The notes beneath the pieces are model-generated. The model worked only from the letters and a program-made list of their open reading frames with translations, was not told where the DNA came from and searched no databases. Of a DNA stretch of 64,000 bases, positions 25,028 through 37,300 are shown piece by piece (position 1 is the stretch's first letter; each line of letters begins with the position of its first letter). Position numbers and translations under genes: made by a program. Source of the DNA: Rhizodiscina lignyota (Eukaryota); contig ML978125.1 of NCBI GenBank assembly GCA_010015805.1, positions 806,001 to 870,000 on the forward strand. Reading direction: 5' to 3'.

Positions 25028-26157
25028 TGAGAAGAAGAGACAGAACGCACGTCGCTGGCAGACACTGAAGAAATCGGACTGTAGAAATGTTTTAATGGCC
25101 GAGTTGATCGACAGTTGTAATGTTCATTCCAACCCTTCACAGGGTCCCAAGCTGATAGATTGAAGAATACTTGAAGTAGTCTCTCGACGCATCATAAAAT
25201 GACTCCACGGTAAAATCATATGACGCTCGATATAATGTCGATATTGGCGCTGGATAACGTATCGTAGCACATTTGGCTTTGTATTCTCCGCAGGGCGAGA
25301 AAGCAAGTGAGGACACATCGTCTTCATCTTTCGGCTCTCATCAGAGAAAGTAGCATTTTCATAAGCTTTCTTCACCAAGCAACGGCCTATCCAATATCAT
25401 CATGCACGGCCGATTAAAATGCGGATGCATATGTTGATTCTCCATAAACCTCTTCCAGCCTATTTCCTCGTGGCGGAGTCTGTCTGTTATATATCAAGGA
25501 ACAAGTATTCATGGAGCTCGATGGTAACAGTCTTCTTATTTAAAAGTCAAACTGGAGCACCTTGCTTCTCCTTGTATCCTGAAATAGAATGTAACCTCTC
25601 CTTACCTGCGGAGACTTCTGTCCCGATCTCTGAGGTAGTACAAGAGAGCGGCAAGAAAATCCAGAATCCATTCCTCAACTACCTCTTCTAAGTCCTTCGT
25701 ACACGTAAACCTATTAAGACAGCACTCTCCAATTGTCGACCTATCCTTTCTCCTCGTGGCGTTCGTCAGCGTTTTCAAACCTCCGACAAATCCGTGGGTC
25801 AAGCGGCAGGAAATCCAACCTGAAACCTGGAGTATGATTGGGAAGCTCGTGAGAGATTATATGCAACACAACTTGACTGTGGCCAAGGAGATCAAAGTCA
25901 ACTGGGCAGATATTCCGCGGTATTCCCATTGATACAAGAAGTTGTCGTAATCGGGTCTCGAATTCAATCCTAGCCAGCAGAATACAGTTTCGAAAATGCA
26001 CTTATTGTTCAATATTAAATACGGGATATATCAGTACTTTAATTTCATTGGCACCGCCATTCATCACCATGTCTGCGTCCGTTGGTATCACATTGCATCG
26101 ATATTGAGGGTTACCGTCGTGGATTTCTTTGTCGGTCCCTCAAGATCGCAAATCGCC

Positions 26158-27947
26158 TCAAGCATTAGCCGCATCAATACTCGCTCTATAAGCCTCGCTC
26201 ACGCTCATCCTAGGACCACTGCTCACACTCCCTCCAGCCCTTCTAATCGCCAACTCTGCTTCATGTCCGCCAATGATCCCCTTAGCAACCTCCTTCGCTT
26301 CCAGTACAACCTGGGGTCCCTCGTACCCGTGAGTTCTCTTCCACAGGTACCACGCCGTCATGAATATCGTCACGCCGCCAACCAGGACGACATTCCAATT
26401 CATCGTCGCCTCCAGATCTAGTGGCAGAGCGTATGGAAACATGTAGATGACGTTGAAGACGATGATGTACGCGCATGCGGTGCCGATGATTACAGGCCCG
26501 ATCCAACCGTACATATAGAAGTGGCCGGGCTTGATATACTTCCTGCCCGTAAGGATATGCGGGAGTAATGCCGCGACATATGAAAGGGTGGTCAGAATGG
26601 CAAAGCATCCAACAAATGCATTGAACGCGGCTCTCGATCCAATGTAAATGCATCCGAGGACTGTACAAACACAACCGATGATGAACGTTGCACGAAACTG
26701 GTTGCGGAACGTGGGATCGATTTTTGCGACGTAATTCGAGAAAGGGACAGCGTCGTCACGCGCCATGGTCCAAAGCATGCGGCCTGCAGTAATGTATGCA
26801 CCAGGCGTGCAGATGGTCAGATCTATGATGAAGATGATAAGGAGGCCGGCGGTCGCGGCCTTGCTGCCTGTCGCTTGGAGGTAGATAGTGGCGAGGGGTA
26901 AGGAGACGATGTTTGAGTCCAGGACGGCATCAAGGTCTGATATTGCGTAGAGGAGGGCGATATAGAGGAAGAAGGTCGTGAAGAACCCGGTAGTTAGTTG
27001 AGCAACGACGCCTTTGGGGATGTTTTTCTTTGGTTCAGGGATTTCCTCTGCCACTATTTGAACTGTTAGCGGCCGCTACGCCCGAGCAGCTTCCTTTTGA
27101 TACTCACAATGCGTGCAGCCATCGGGTGTGCCAATCGCAAAAGCTCCGTTGAGCATGCCCGCCAAGAACACAAATCCATTACTAGAATATCCCGTCTGAT
27201 TTTGCCAATTTCTCCAGACAAACGCGTTGCTCGCGTAGCCACTCCCTTTCGTACTAGGCATGATTGCCACGACCATGAGCGTCACAAACCAGATCAACAT
27301 GCACAGGACACCAAAGACATTACTCAAATGAGGCAATATCCTTTGACCAAAAAGTACAATGCCGCAACATAACCATGTAAACCCCAAATAGGCAAGGAAG
27401 ATGTGCCATCTCTCGGGAACGTAATCTTCATGGTAGAGGTTGTAGATGGCGAGAATAGAATTCGCGCCAAAAAGCGAAACGGATGCAGCGCCGAAGGCCC
27501 AAGCAACTGTGTTCCACCACCCCGCGTACCAGGAACAGATTCGAGAGTATTTTGGACCAGCTGTTACAGAGGCCCAATGGTATACGCTAGCAGAGGAAGG
27601 AATTGCGGACGCAAGCTCGGCAAGTCCGGCACCGATAGCAAAGTAGAAGAGACATGCAACGATGCTATCAAATGTTAGCTCTTGAATAGCTAAAGCCTTA
27701 AATTATGCACGTACTATTCATACAGAACGCCTGGCGGTCCTCCATTGAATAGCGCTACCGTCAATGCACCAGTTCCCGCAGCCCATGCATTGTCCGTGAT
27801 AAGACTAACAGCACAAATACTCCAGAACCCAAAAGTGCGGTCCAACTCTTGGACGTGGCCAGAGGCATTGACGAGCTCACGAATCTCACCGGGCTGAACG
27901 TCCGGGGCTGGTTCCTGCTTCTCTTTGTCTGCGTCGCTTGAGCTCAT
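26158..27947 (-). CDS. APC-superfamily amino acid/choline/GABA permease
   Basis: NASGHVQELDRTFG, NGGPPG, LAELASAIPSS.SVYHW, HLAEEIPEP, ARDDAVPFS; many TM segments; 2 introns. Confidence 0.9.
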
Positions 27948-29121
27948 CTTGCTGAGTGACAGACTCCACCAAATTTTATAAGGAACTCTGTATGAAGATC
28001 AACGGAAAGCAACCTGCTGCAAGATGACGCCCGCAGGAATGGATACGACAGAAGAGAACGACATGGGGGACAACGTCAGATCTAAATACGTAGCTTCCCT
28101 TCTGCTCAAGGCCGGTAAATTTACAATTAACCTAGCAGTAGCCGCATGTTTGCATGCGACTTCCGTCAAGGTGAGAATCGCGGACGATAGGTACAGTTAC
28201 CGCGGCGAAGGTTCCGGGAGTCGATGCGACTGGGCTTCCCTATCACGGCGAGATGATCAACCCATCAGCAGCCAGCAAGCACGCCGCGGCCGCGTCTTTG
28301 GTGCATAGGGCACGTTCTGGAGCTTCCATCCAGAAACACGGGGCTGGGATTGAACCGGTGGCTTCCTTGGCTTGCGCGTAGGTAAACGCGCTTTGCGGAT
28401 TTCCCGAAGGCGGGTGTACAGATAAGAAGTTGAGTGAGTACGAAATACACTAAGATCGCTGATAAGACTGGATAAGAATTTGGCATTAATGAGAAAATGC
28501 AAGGTTCGGACAGGGTAAGCCAGTCGGTACTTGAGGGGACGAAGCGGTGCAGCAGCGGACTGCATCATGGTCTGGATCTGTAACGGGGCCATATCGTCTT
28601 GCACGACCAAATCAACGATACGGAGATAATGGTGGAAAGCGGTGGCTCATGGTTCGGCATATAGCCCAAAATGGCATTCTAATCCCTTTGCGATTCCAAT
28701 TCCTGGGGTCCGCAATGTTGAAATCATATTGTCGAATGAGAAGCCTGGCATGTTCCAGGAAATTTACCGACGTGTTTCGATCGGCCTTATTAACTAGGAG
28801 CTGAGGTTGGAAGGTCAAGAGTTTGGAAACGAGCCCTCGGACACGGGGAATAGGACGGGGGTATCTTGGGTTAATCATCCCTTACGTAATGCATTCACGT
28901 GATACAATTCCCCAGACTCTGACGCCTGCGCCACAAACGCCAAGACTTTGAGCCTCGAAGATGCAGGCGCAGGCAGGGCAGCATCCCTGCCCCGCGTGCA
29001 TGCCCCTTTCCATACGCGTCAGTGGAGGTTCAATCGAACAAAGAATTTTTGAGACAGATCCAGCGTTTGCCCACTCTGTCAATATGCGAAGTGCCAGTAT
29101 ATACCATCAAACTCCTTCCAG

Positions 29122-30569
29122 ATGATACGCCTCGGCCTCCCGAGCAGCGTTCGGGTCCTCGTCATCTCATGCACGCTCTTCTTCCTCTTCATTACGTATG
29201 GCCGGAATCACTTCTACAGAGACCCGGGAAGCGCCTTTTTTGACCAAGACCGCGCGTTCGAGCGGTATTACAGTCTGGTCCGCGAGCTAGAAGCGTCCGA
29301 TTGGCGAAATGAAGTCTTCCACCAGCTCAAAGGCCACACGAACCAAACAACGCATGGAAATCATGACGTGTTGCATAGCAAAGGACCAGATCCGCAGTTG
29401 TGTGCCGTATTCGTAACGGCGTACAGAGAAGGTGGACCACAGTATGTAGATGTAAGTCAAGATTTAGTTATAGGCTTCTGCACATCTCACTTTAAAGAAC
29501 TGGGGCTAATTTTTGTGTCCCTCTAGACTGCAATTAGTTCCGCACTGGCAGGCCTCACTCCCGCAGAGCGCAAAGACATCGACGTACGGCTCTACGTTGC
29601 AAACACAGACCCATCGGTACACCCGGCATGGAACTCATGGCTCAGGGACGTCGTCGATGACACCTTCACCACCAAGGACAACGTATACGCGTCAAAGATG
29701 CAACATATGAAGGTGCTGGAGAAGGAAAAGAAGTTCCATGAGAAGGCGGGTCTGGACTATAGTGTTGCGTTACAGAGGTGCGTGGCGGACTCGGCAGCGC
29801 CATATATTGCGATATTTGAGGGCGACGTAATAATCGCCGACGGCTGGTTTGCTCGTACCTTGCTTGGACTAAAGGATATACGAGAGCAATACGAGATGGG
29901 TACCAAACAATGGTTATACATGCGTCTCTTCAACGAAGAAAGGTCAACTGGATGGGCGACAAAGGATCCACTCGGGAACAACGTGCTCTGGATCTCTCTT
30001 GGAGTCGACGTTTTCCTTTGCGCTATTGCATTCCTCCTTAAGCGCCACTCACGTCTTCTCGGTCCGTTGTTCAGTCCGCTCTCCATGCTCATCATCTGCC
30101 TCATTACGGTCCCCGGACTTGTGATCCTTTTCTTCCAGGCCGGAAAGGCATCCATGCTTCCTCCATCCACCGGAGTTCACAGAGAGGACGGTTTTGGATG
30201 CTGCAACCAAGGGATGATATATCCACGTGAGGTCGCAGCTGATCTCGCTTCATATCTCGAGGAGATGGCAGCGAATATGCCACACGATAATGCAATCATG
30301 GAATATCATCGCAAAAAGCAGTTGGCGTTATTTGCGTTATATCCAATGCAGGTACAGCATGTCGGTAAGATTACATCCCAAAAGAATTCGCATTGTCAGA
30401 CTTGCTGAAGGTAATTTTAGGATTCCGCTCCATCATTACTCCCAACAGGAGAGACGACATGGAAGTTTGGAGCATGGCTTTCGAGAGTCTAAGCCCAACA
30501 AATTTGGCTCACGATCATGAGCGTATGGTCAAGGAGATCTACGGCGACAAGGCGTGGGAGTTGACCTGA
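29122..30569 (+). CDS. Membrane-bound GT-A glycosyltransferase-like protein (PGAP4/TMEM246-like)
   Basis: N-terminal TM anchor; IAIFEGD DxD-like motif; WLYMRLF; two inserted TM helices; GCCNQGMIYPR; MQVQHVG; 2 introns; TGA at 30567-30569. Confidence 0.65.
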
Positions 30570-30918
30570 AGCGAATCATGACCGGATCAAGGACCTGTGC
30601 CACCCTTGAAAGATTGAGTAATGGACCTTGAGTTTATCCTATCAAGTCGACCTCAGCAGCCCACAGACTGTTCTAGTTTTGCACATACCTTCTCGGCCTC
30701 TTTCCATATTTTTGGACGGCATCGATATATCGGGCCCATTGCCCCAGGGCCATTGGACATATTTTAATGATGCAGTACACACTGCATTTTACGGTTGGGA
30801 CGCATTTTGGGACCACAAAACTCATTGCGATGATACCCGGATCGGAGCATGGCGCGGCGTTTCAGATTCTCAGTTTTCAAATAATGTATTAATGTGTAAA
30901 CGAGCCCTTCGGGGCATT

Positions 30919-32084
30919 TTACAGCTTCCCTCTGACCTTGACAAGCTTCTCGGCCTTTTCATGTTTAGGCGCCGGCGAATGCAAGACAACGCCATTGACT
31001 TCAAACCTCTTAATAACACTCTGTCCCCCCTCTTCCTTAGCAATCCACTCTAGAAACTCCACTCCTAAGTTGTCGTCCCGTGCCCGTGCACCCAACAACG
31101 CATGCGCCGGATTCAGCAGCTCATCATTCTCATTCTCCACAACCGCCTCCTTGAACACCTTCATTTCCGTTCTCACCTCTGCTTCAATCGCACACCATGT
31201 CCCGCGATCCACAAGTGTGTACTCACCCAGCTTACTGGCAGCTCTCAGCGCTTGGAACGGAAACGCGACATACCGATGATACCACCCCGACACCGGCTCC
31301 GCCCACAGCGTGCATCCAATCGATGCCCAGATTGTTGACTCGCGAATGTTATTCGCGCTCTTGTCATACCTGCTCAGAAACCTGACCTCTTTCCCATCTC
31401 CCTGGCCGGCGCTGGCGACTGCGGCTTGGAATAGTAATGCAAAAAGCTCTCTTACGCCTAACTTTTGGTCTGTTGGAAGGTCTGCGGGATTCGATCTAGG
31501 ACCAACGAGCATGAAGCAATCACGCCAGGCGTAGACACGTCGCGTTGCTATGCCCTGTGCGAGCGCGATTGACTCAGAGCACGGATGATAGGTGATGCTG
31601 ACGTCTGCAGCGCCAGTGGCTAGAGCATTGAAGGAGATGGAAGTGTCTGTTGCAAGCCAGGCGATTCGGAAGGGGATGGTGGTGGGTCGGCCTTTGAGAA
31701 AGCTATTTTGGAAAGGAGATACTTAGTTGACGGCACCCAGAGATACACTTTGAGGAAAGCTCATATACACTTAGTGTGGCAACCAACAGAGCATGATCGA
31801 GAAGAGTGCAGGATAAAGGTATAGACAATTCAGCCTCGCAACTTATTGACAGGACGGAATGGTCCCTCCAATGAAGGGCTTGAGATAATACTTTTGACAT
31901 GAAGAAGGCTAATCACGAAAGGTTCTCACTCAGCGATGAAGGCTTCTGCCAAAGCTCTCAGTAGTCCCGTCTGGCCAGCTCCCCCCGTTGCGATGCGAAG
32001 TCCTATGGGTCCTTTATCGCCATATACTGACGCAGGCGGAATTTCCTGTCTCGGTCCAGTCGGATCAAAATTGACTGATGCCAT
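30919..32084 (-). CDS. Periplasmic-binding-protein fold protein (TupA tungstate-binding-like), no signal peptide
   Basis: Exon 1 32084-31930 (LRIATGGAGQTGLLRALAEAF); 227-nt intron 31929-31703; exon 2 with FMLVGPRSNPA, FLSRYDKSA, YTLVDRGTW, LLNP. Confidence 0.78.
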
Positions 32085-32635
32085 CTCCTGCTTCACAAAT
32101 CCTCATTGTACAGTATTTTTCTGCACTCAATTAGGAAATGCTAATCTCAGGGTTCATCTTTTCTTGACTTTGCCAGCAGTATTCGCCCTCATAATTTGTA
32201 TGCGTGCTTACCGCTGACAACTCGGCTCAGCCTCGGCCTTGTCCGGTCGCTTTGGATTGGCCATCGAGTCCACCTCCAACGCATCTTTCCGTCCAGGTTT
32301 ACTTAAATTGGATTTCGAGAATGTGAGTAACCGCCTGGTTGATTGCTCATATCATTACCAAGGTGTCATAGAGGTATTCACGCTTCCAGATTGTCGCTGT
32401 TCATGCCGGTGGTTCTCAGGGCGCGGTTCAACATTGTTCCCTTATAGTGCGCCTTCCCAAGGACTTCCTGCCGTGACTTTCGCAACTATTTCGAATCATA
32501 GCATTTTCACGGGGCTCTCTAGTAGCTTTCAATTGTATTTAAATCTTAAGACCCGCTAAATGGGCGCGCGAGGTATCCACGGAGAAAGCTTCTTCTGACA
32601 GTTTCGTATTATATCATCCATATCACGCTGTCGTC

Positions 32636-33850
32636 ATGAGTTTCAACGGCTTCGACACACTCCCAGACAGTGCTGCAAACGTTATAAAGGCTTGGAAAGT
32701 CAATATTCCGCAGCAAGATCTCGATAATCTTTTCACATTGCTCAAAATATCTCCGCTTGCCCCGAATACGTATGAGAACTCTCTACCCGGAGAAGACAGG
32801 AGCTTGGGTGTTAGACATGATTGGCTTTCGGCGGCAAAGAAGTATTGGGAGAATGAATTTGATTGGAGAAAGCAAGAAGAGCATATGAATTCGTTCCCTC
32901 ACTTCAAAGCATCAGTTCACGATCCCATCGGCGAGTTTGATGTGCACTTTGTTGCACTGTTCTCCAAACGCAAGGACGCTATTCCCATCATACTACTCCA
33001 TGGTTGGCCGGGAAGTTTCCTCGAATTTCTCTCCATACTGGACAGTCTTCGATCCAAGTACACCGCGGATACTCTGCCTTACCACCTCGTAGTCCCAAGT
33101 CTGCCGGGCTATACGTTCTCCTCTCCGCCACCATTGAACCATAACTTCCGTCCCACCGATGTCGCGCGGATCATTGATAAACTTACCACACTCCTCGGGT
33201 TTCAGGCGTACATGTTTCAAGGTGGCGATGTTGGCGGTCGAGTAGGCCGCATAATGGCAGCGGAGTACCCCAATTGCAAAGCAATCCTCCTGAACACCTG
33301 TCCCATGCCCGCGCCCGATTTTGGCGACATCAAAAGCCCAATCAACGACAGTGAGGAAAAGGGTTTGGAAAGACACAGGTTCTTCTTACACAACGGCAGT
33401 GCCTACGCATTGGAACATGCCACACGACCCGCCACGATTGGCTTCGTGCTCTCGAGCAGTCCACTCGCGCTACTAGCCTGGATCGGCGAGAAATTCATGG
33501 GCTGGACTGACACCGATCCGTCGCTTGACGAGATACTGACATCGGTGACACTGTACTGGGTTACAGGCTGCGCAGCAACGAGCCTGTGGTCCTACCGCGA
33601 GTTTTACGGGCCAAATGCGACGAGCCATGCTACCAAGGAATGGCACGTCAAGAAGCCACTCGGCTTCTCATGGTTTCCCAGAGAAATCACACCGGTGCCA
33701 AGGGCATGGGTTGAATTGACTGGCAATCTAGTTTTCTATCGGCAGCATGATAGCGGTGGGCATTTTGCGGCGATGGAGAAGCCGTCAGTCTTGTGGAACG
33801 ATGTTGAGGAGTTCTTGAATGACGTTAAGGGAGTTTTTGACACGAGATAG
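32636..33850 (+). CDS. Epoxide hydrolase (microsomal/EHN-type alpha/beta hydrolase)
   Basis: Intronless. FDWRKQE...FPHF, LLHGWPGSF, VPSLPGY, nucleophile QGGDVG, tyrosines in AYALEH and SYRE, FPREI, GGHFAAME. Confidence 0.93.
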   Translation: MSFNGFDTLPDSAANVIKAWKVNIPQQDLDNLFTLLKISPLAPNTYENSLPGEDRSLGVRHDWLSAAKKYWENEFDWRKQEEHMNSFPHFKASVHDPIGEFDVHFVALFSKRKDAIPIILLHGWPGSFLEFLSILDSLRSKYTADTLPYHLVVPSLPGYTFSSPPPLNHNFRPTDVARIIDKLTTLLGFQAYMFQGGDVGGRVGRIMAAEYPNCKAILLNTCPMPAPDFGDIKSPINDSEEKGLERHRFFLHNGSAYALEHATRPATIGFVLSSSPLALLAWIGEKFMGWTDTDPSLDEILTSVTLYWVTGCAATSLWSYREFYGPNATSHATKEWHVKKPLGFSWFPREITPVPRAWVELTGNLVFYRQHDSGGHFAAMEKPSVLWNDVEEFLNDVKGVFDTR

Positions 33851-34300
33851 GCTTATACGTATTTAAACTGCTTTCGCACGGCCCCCTGGCCACCGGTGTG
33901 AGTACCAAAGCTAGTGTGACATCTCTCGTGCCCCCCTATTCAGGTGTCGTCGGCCGATACGGACTTAAATTTTATTTGAGTTCCTGACATAAATACTCCG
34001 TATAGATGATTTCTCGGTCGAGTGCTTCTTCAGACTGACCGTGCATCTAGGGTAGCGAGCTACTGATTACTCTAATAAGCAAATGGTTATGTATGTGCAG
34101 GTTCGCTCGAGACATGCTTATGCTACCAGCTTACTCTATGTTGCTGAGTGTTATATCACAACTTTATTCTAAGTAAGCTAAGTCAACCAGTCCACAAGGT
34201 TGCCAAAATGCATAACTTTTGATCTTGCGGGATACGTTTGCTGTTAATGTACCACAGTACACAAATACCGCCCGACGCGGAACCGCACATCAGACCTCGC

Positions 34301-35080
34301 TTACGCTTGAAACGCCATTGCAGCGTCCAAGATGAACTCGGCAGTCTCTTTTGGCTTGCTTATAAATGGCGAATGAGACGACTCTAGTGTCCTTGTCGTG
34401 ACGCTCGCACCCTTCTCCTTCGCGGCCGCAACCATCATCTCCTGCGCCTGGATCACAATAGCTCCGTCCAACGTGCAGAAAAGATACCACACCGGCACGT
34501 CCATGAAGCCCTCATACACACCATTCCTCCCCGGCTCGCCCTCGAGGCACGCTGTCGACAAGTTCTTCAACTCGGACACCATGAGATCTTGGTCTTCCTT
34601 GGAGCAGTCGTGATAGAACAAGTCCCGTGGGTCCTTTCTTGTGATTTCTTCCCAACCGCCCGGCGTTGGCGTATGGAACAGGGTATCGCGGGGCGGGAGC
34701 ACGTCGATTAGAGATGTCTCAGCAGGTGGCATGAAGGCGCAGACATAACAGATCCCGATGACCTTGCCCCAACCCTCTTTCAGCTTCGATAGGTTCTTAG
34801 AAGTGTAGCCGTTGACTGCGCTTTGACCGACGGACCCTCCGAAGGAGTGATTGATCACAACCACGTCGCGTCCTTGGGAGACCTCTGCCTCGATGAGTCC
34901 TTGAACTTGTTCAATGGCATGTTTGATCGACGGCAGTGGTTCCACGGTGTTGCTGAAAAGAATTTGCTCTGCAACGCATTTGTAGCCTTGCGCCTCGAGC
35001 TGTGGAACGACGTATTTGTTCCAGCAGGTGGGCGTATGCCATGCTCCATGAATGAGGATGAGCGTTGGCTTAGCAGACAT
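34301..35080 (-). CDS. Alpha/beta hydrolase (Abhydrolase_6, methylesterase-like)
   Basis: LIHGAWH, NHSFGG nucleophile elbow, LDGAI, SSHSPF triad motifs; intronless. Confidence 0.88.
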   Translation of the reverse strand: MSAKPTLILIHGAWHTPTCWNKYVVPQLEAQGYKCVAEQILFSNTVEPLPSIKHAIEQVQGLIEAEVSQGRDVVVINHSFGGSVGQSAVNGYTSKNLSKLKEGWGKVIGICYVCAFMPPAETSLIDVLPPRDTLFHTPTPGGWEEITRKDPRDLFYHDCSKEDQDLMVSELKNLSTACLEGEPGRNGVYEGFMDVPVWYLFCTLDGAIVIQAQEMMVAAAKEKGASVTTRTLESSHSPFISKPKETAEFILDAAMAFQA

Positions 35081-36301
35081 TATGAAGGGGTATGAGAGGG
35101 AGCGAAGAAACTTGAAGCTTCGAATTCGATATGCAATGTCTTAAATAAGGCTCGAGTTTTTCAAATGCGGAAATGATGCTTATTCTTGCAATATCGAGAA
35201 AGGAGCGTTTCTGAGAATGGCAAGAGAAGAAGAGGGAGCCACTGGAGTGTGGACTAGGGTGTGGCTGAAAAAGAAGTTGGATGTTGGGCAGAATATAAAT
35301 ACAAGATGGTCAACTCCCGGCCACGATTCCCTGACGAACACGCCAATGCGGAATCGGGGCAATTTAGCTCTAATTGATTGGCAGGATGGGCCTCGATGGG
35401 GCTAAAAGATTACAAGGCGGGGTGGACGGGGAGCCGCTTTCGAGCCTCTCGTTCTTGTCCTTCTTCTTTAAAAGCATATAAACGTTCTCCGACCGACTGT
35501 GCTGGCTTGGTCAAATACTAATCATCCTGCCTGGGAGCGGTCAGCAGCCTACAAGAGAAACACCGTAATGGGCAAGAACTAATTACGAACGATGAGAGAG
35601 AGAAAAGACAAGAGCCGTGATGATTGCCCGAGCTTACTCTTTGCAAGTGCGACATCGCATTCCTGTTCAATGAAGAAAATAATGCGAAGACTCCTGAGCT
35701 ATCTTGCGAGCGCCAGTGGCAACGGAGATATCTACAGTCTGTGTAGCCCATTTTGGTGCCATTGACAGCATATGGTTCACTCAGGCCAAGCCGACCATTC
35801 AACATCTTTGATCATTTCAAGGCATGAAAGACTGGATTGAGCATAGTCCTTGACTACCATTAACTACTTGTGTACATTACATTGAGGTCACATTAGAGTT
35901 TTAGGCTCTGGAGAACCTTGTTCAGTGGTCGCCGAAGTCAGGTCGGCGATCTCATGTGGACAGGAACGAGGAAGCGGCCAAAGGAGTTACGGTTTATATC
36001 CGTATTTTCTTATACTTGGATATTGATTGGTCATCTTGACCGTCACTAACGACGTCCAATGTGATACCTTCTAAGAAACCAGAGATAGCGAAAGCTATGA
36101 TGCAGAATACTCCGTAATGTCCGTTACGCCCATTGGAGCATGAAGAAATGGGTATCAAGCAGTAATGAAACCGGCCAAGACGTGTAGTCCCTCCGAAGTC
36201 CAGTTCTCTCTAGTACTGACGAATACCAATACTGCCTCATGATATATGACTACAAGCCGAGCTTAGCAGCTGAGGCGAGAAATCTTAAACGATGCGTATC
36301 C

Positions 36302-37300
36302 TCAGAGCTCCGATAACGCTGAGTCACAGAGCTTCTGATACTTCTCGGGGTCGAAACGAGTCCTCTTCCACTTCCTCTCACGGCCTTCGCGTATGCGCTC
36401 GAACTTCTCTTGTTCCATCGTGCTGGCCTGCTTCTCTTTCGACCCAGACGGCTGGTTGAGCTCTGTTGTTGGCGAGGAGCTTTCGGACCGTAAGGCATCT
36501 TGTACTTCTCGTCGCGATGCTACCGACCGTTTGAATTCCTGGATACTCGCTATGTGGTGTCGTATCATGGAACAGAAGACTGCCACATCGGTCTCGTACC
36601 TGTGTCGAATTCGAGCGTTTCTTAAATGCACCAGGGCTTGGTCGCCATCCCGATCTGATTCCTTACTCGACGGGTAGATGCAGTCGTGCGTGAGAGATGC
36701 CAGATTGCCATCGAAAGAGAGCGGTGTATCTTGTGGCAAGAAGTCTGTCTCGGTCGGCATGTCCTTTCTAGGATCTTCGATATACGACCCCATCCTCTTC
36801 ACCACCTGCTCATCCTCCTCTTGAGACCATGTAGATGACGCAGGCGAGGAAAGCTCTGAATTTTGGGAGACCGTAGAGCCAAAGGATGTTGCAGATCTAC
36901 GACCAGATGAAGTATGAGATGCATTTGACGGGAATGAATTAATTGAGAATCCAGAGTCCAGTTGAAAGGTTGATTCACGAAGAACTTGTTGTGCGGCATG
37001 ATACAACTTCTCGGCATCGTCCAGTGTTTCATCCAGTGTTGTTGTATGCATACTCATGCCTCGAGCGAGCGCATCATATGAAAGTCCAGCATAGAATGAT
37101 AGAAACGGCGCGGCGAGAGAATGGAGCTGTGGAGTTTGTTAGCGTTTGATGTCTCTGATCTTGTTCGATGAGTATACTTCGTGGGACTCATTCTGAAGCT
37201 CCCAAATGTAGACTGCAACACATTGCTTGAACTTGTTTCGCAAGAACAACTGCTTCACGTTCTTATGAATCTCGTCGAACCTGTACATTGCGACCGCCAT
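36302..37300 (-). CDS. Conserved-looking fungal hypothetical protein
   Basis: ATG 37300, one GT...CTAAC...CAG intron joining the 36302-37057 ORF; Ser-rich linker; basic C-terminus RIREGRERKWKRTRFDPEKYQKLC. Confidence 0.7.

Noticed and set aside
25124..26001. Minus-strand short ORFs between the TLC gene and the permease
   Set aside because: Interrupted by stops in all frames and no family signature.
31703..31929. Unusually long (227-nt) intron in the TupA-like gene as a possible TPP riboswitch or C/D snoRNA host
   Set aside because: Only weak GTGATTA/CTGA-like words. The TPP core (TGATC...TAATAC...GCG..GG) and convincing stems are absent.
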